A stretch of DNA of 64,000 bases, taken from Mobula hypostoma. Taxonomy: Eukaryota. The DNA is taken from positions 53,196,001-53,260,000 of the forward strand of contig NC_086114.1 of the NCBI RefSeq assembly GCF_963921235.1, given 5' to 3'. The notes under the pieces are model-generated. The model was given only the letters and a program-made list of their open reading frames with translations. It made no database searches and had not been told where the DNA came from. Shown here one piece after another: positions 61,426-64,000 of this stretch (position 1 is its first letter; the number at the start of each line of letters is the position of its first letter). The translations under genes were made by a program, and so were the position numbers.

Positions 61426-64000
61426 GGACCGTGAGGCAGCGGGAGTATCTAAAAGAGAGCAGAGTAATGGAGCAGGCGATGTTGTAGTGGGCGACGGAGT
61501 CAAGGGAGACAGAGTAGGAAGGCTTCGGCAAGCAGAGGCTGAGGAAGAGCTTCACTCCAAGTGAGGTAAGGTTGGGTAAGTTCCTTTAATAGATCTAAAT
61601 ACCTTAAGGGTAGGTAATGGAGGCAGCAGTTAGGGCAGTTGAGTGCACTGTTTGCAGTATGTGGGAAGTCAGGGCGAGCACAATCGTCCCTGAAAACTAC
61701 ACCCGCACTAGGTGCATCGAGCTGCAGTTCCTGACAAACTGAGTTAGGGAGCTGGAGCTGGAGCTGGATGAACTTTGGATCATTCGGGAGGCAGAGGCAG
61801 AATTAGAGAGCAGTTACAGGGAGATAGTCATCCCTAAGAGTCAGGAGACAGGTTGCTGGGTGACTGTCAGGAGAGTTAGGGGGAATTGACAGAATGAGCA
61901 GAGGACCCCGGTGGCTGTTCCCACCAATAATAAGTACATCATTTGGATACTGTTGATGGGGACGACCTACCAGGGACGAGTTGCAGTGGTTGCATCTCTG
62001 GCACCGAGATGGGAACCTCAACTCAGAAGGGAAGGAGGGAAAAGAGGAGAGCAGTAGTGACAGGGGATTCGATAGTTAGGGCGACAGATAAGAGGTTCTG
62101 TGGAAGAGATCGAGAATCCCAGATGGTCTGTTGCCTCCCTGGTGCCAAGATCCGTGATATCTTGGATCGAGTTCTCGGCATTCTCATAAGGGAGTGTGAG
62201 CAGCTGGATGTTGTGGTCCACGTAGGGAGTGTGAGGAGGTCCTGAAAGTTGAGTTTAGGGAGTTAGGCGCCAAGTTAAAGGACAGGACCTCCAGGATAGC
62301 AATTTCAGGATTGCTACCAGTGCCACATGCAGGCAGGATTAGAAATAGTAAGATAGCACAGATCAATATGTGGCTGAAGACATGGTGCAGGAGGGAGGGC
62401 TTCAGATTTATAGATAATCGGGCAGTTTTCCAGGAAAGGTGGGACCTGTTCCAGCGGGACAGTCTACATCTGAACTGGAGGGGGACAAATATTCTTCCAG
62501 GTAGGTTTGCTAGAGAGGCTCGGGTGGATTTAAACTAGATACGAGGGGGGAGGGGAACCATAGTGTAGGAACAGATGTAGGGAAGAAGGAAGAAAAAGAA
62601 AATAGTAAAGTTGTTCGCACCAATAGTGATAAACAGAGATTAAGAGGTGGAAAATTTCTTAAATGCATTTATTTTAATACTAGGAGCATTATAAGAAAGG
62701 TGGATGAGCTTGAAGCATGGATTGATACCTGGAAGTTTGATGTGATAGCTATTAGTTAAACATGGTTACAGTGGGGTGTGATTGGCAACTAAATATCCCT
62801 GGATTTAATTGCTTCAGGTGTGATAGAATCGGAGGGAAAGAGGGGGAGGTGTTGCATTGCTAGTTAGAGAAAATGTTACAGTGGTGCTTTGGCAGGATAG
62901 ATTAGAGGGCTCATCTAGGGAGGCTATGTGGGTGGAATTGAGGAATGGGAAAGGTGTAGTAAGTCTTATGGGGTGTATTATAGACCACCAAATGGGGAGC
63001 GAGAATTGGAGGAGCAAATTTGTAAGCAGATAGCAGATATTTGTAGTAAGCACAAGGTTGTGATTGTGGGAGATTTTAATTTTCCACACATAGACTGGGA
63101 AGCCCATACTGTAAAAGGGTTGGATGGTTTGGAGTTTGTAAAATGTGTGCAGGATAGTTTTTTTGCAGCAATACATAGAGGTGCCAACTAGAGAAGGGGC
63201 CGTTTTGGATCTCCTGTTAGGGAATGAGTTAAGTCGGGTGACAGAGGTTTGTGTTGGGGAGCACTTTGGGTCCAGTGATCACAATGCTATTAGTTTCAAT
63301 ATAATTACGGAGAAGGATAGGTCTGGACCTAGGGTTGAGATTTTTGATTGGAGAAAGGCTAACTTTGAGGAGATGTGAAAGGATTTAGAAGGAGTAGATT
63401 GGGACAATTTGTTTTATGGGAAGAATGTAATAGAGAAATGGATGTCATTTAAAGGTGAAATTTTGAGAGTACAGAATCTTTATGTTCCTGTTAGGTTGAA
63501 AGGAAAGTTTGAGAGAGCCATGGTTTTCAAGGGATATTGGAAACTTGGTTCAGAAAAAAGAGAGATATCTACAATGAATATAGGCAGCATGGAGTAAATG
63601 AGGTGCGCAAGGAATATAAAAATGTAAAGAGAAACTTAAGAAAGAAATTAGAAAAGCCAGAAGAAGATATGAGGTTGCTTTGGCAAGTAAGGTGAAAATA
63701 AATCCCAAGGGTATCTACCGTTATATTAATAGCAAAAGTATAGTGAGGGATAAAATTGATCCCTTAGACAATCAGAGTGGACAGCTATGTGTGGAGCCAA
63801 AAGAGATGGGGGAGATTCTGAACAATTTCTTTTCTTTGGTATTCACTAAGGAGAAGGATAGTGAATTGTGTAAAATAAGGGAAACAGGTAGGGAAGTTAT
63901 GGAAACTATGATGATTAAAGAAGAGGAAGTACTGGAGCTTTTAAGGAATATAAAGATGGATAAGTCTCCGGGTCCTGACAGAATATTCCCTAGGACCTTG
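61426..64000 (+). mobile_element. Long CR1 LINE with 5'UTR, ORF1 (zinc finger plus SGNH esterase, ~61617-62538) and ORF2 start; degenerate; runs off the window
   Basis: MEAAVRAVECTVCSMWEVR, RRAVVTGDSIVR, CCLPGA, DSLHLN; ORF2 YYRPPN, IVGDFNFP, SSDHNAI, KSPGPD. Confidence 0.9.

Overview
Eukaryotic, repeat-rich vertebrate DNA. The repeat repertoire (CR1 LINEs with esterase ORF1, Penelope elements, V-SINE/HE1-like and RTE-tailed SINEs, Tc1 relics) suggests a cartilaginous fish, most likely a ray; this is inference. The main content is a head-to-tail tandem array of three intact, three-exon neuromedin B (NMB, bombesin family) genes on the + strand, with ATGs at 3841, 29503 and 54090 (period about 25 kb). 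Each has a TATA box, a signal peptide, the invariant decapeptide GNLWATGHFM followed by GKK (its Gly codon split by intron 1), GT-AG introns and an AATAAA. The copies are genuine paralogs: they carry copy-specific TE insertions and up to about 10% local divergence in shared repeats, yet show mosaic near-identical tracts around the exons. Other structure: (i) a one-LTR, RT-less Gmr1-like Gypsy element in intron 2 of copies 1 and 2, flanked by an anomalous ~160-bp target duplication; (ii) an 8.2-kb inversion between copies 2 and 3 that leaves copy 2 bracketed by large inverted repeats; (iii) nested solo LTRs with 33/36-bp minisatellites; (iv) a Penelope-derived hairpin carrying a minimal hammerhead motif in copy 1 intron 2. 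The precursor may also encode a second amidated peptide (RR-MLEIALAQEAK-GKR). No other host genes were recognised; the remaining long ORFs are TE fragments or repeat artefacts.
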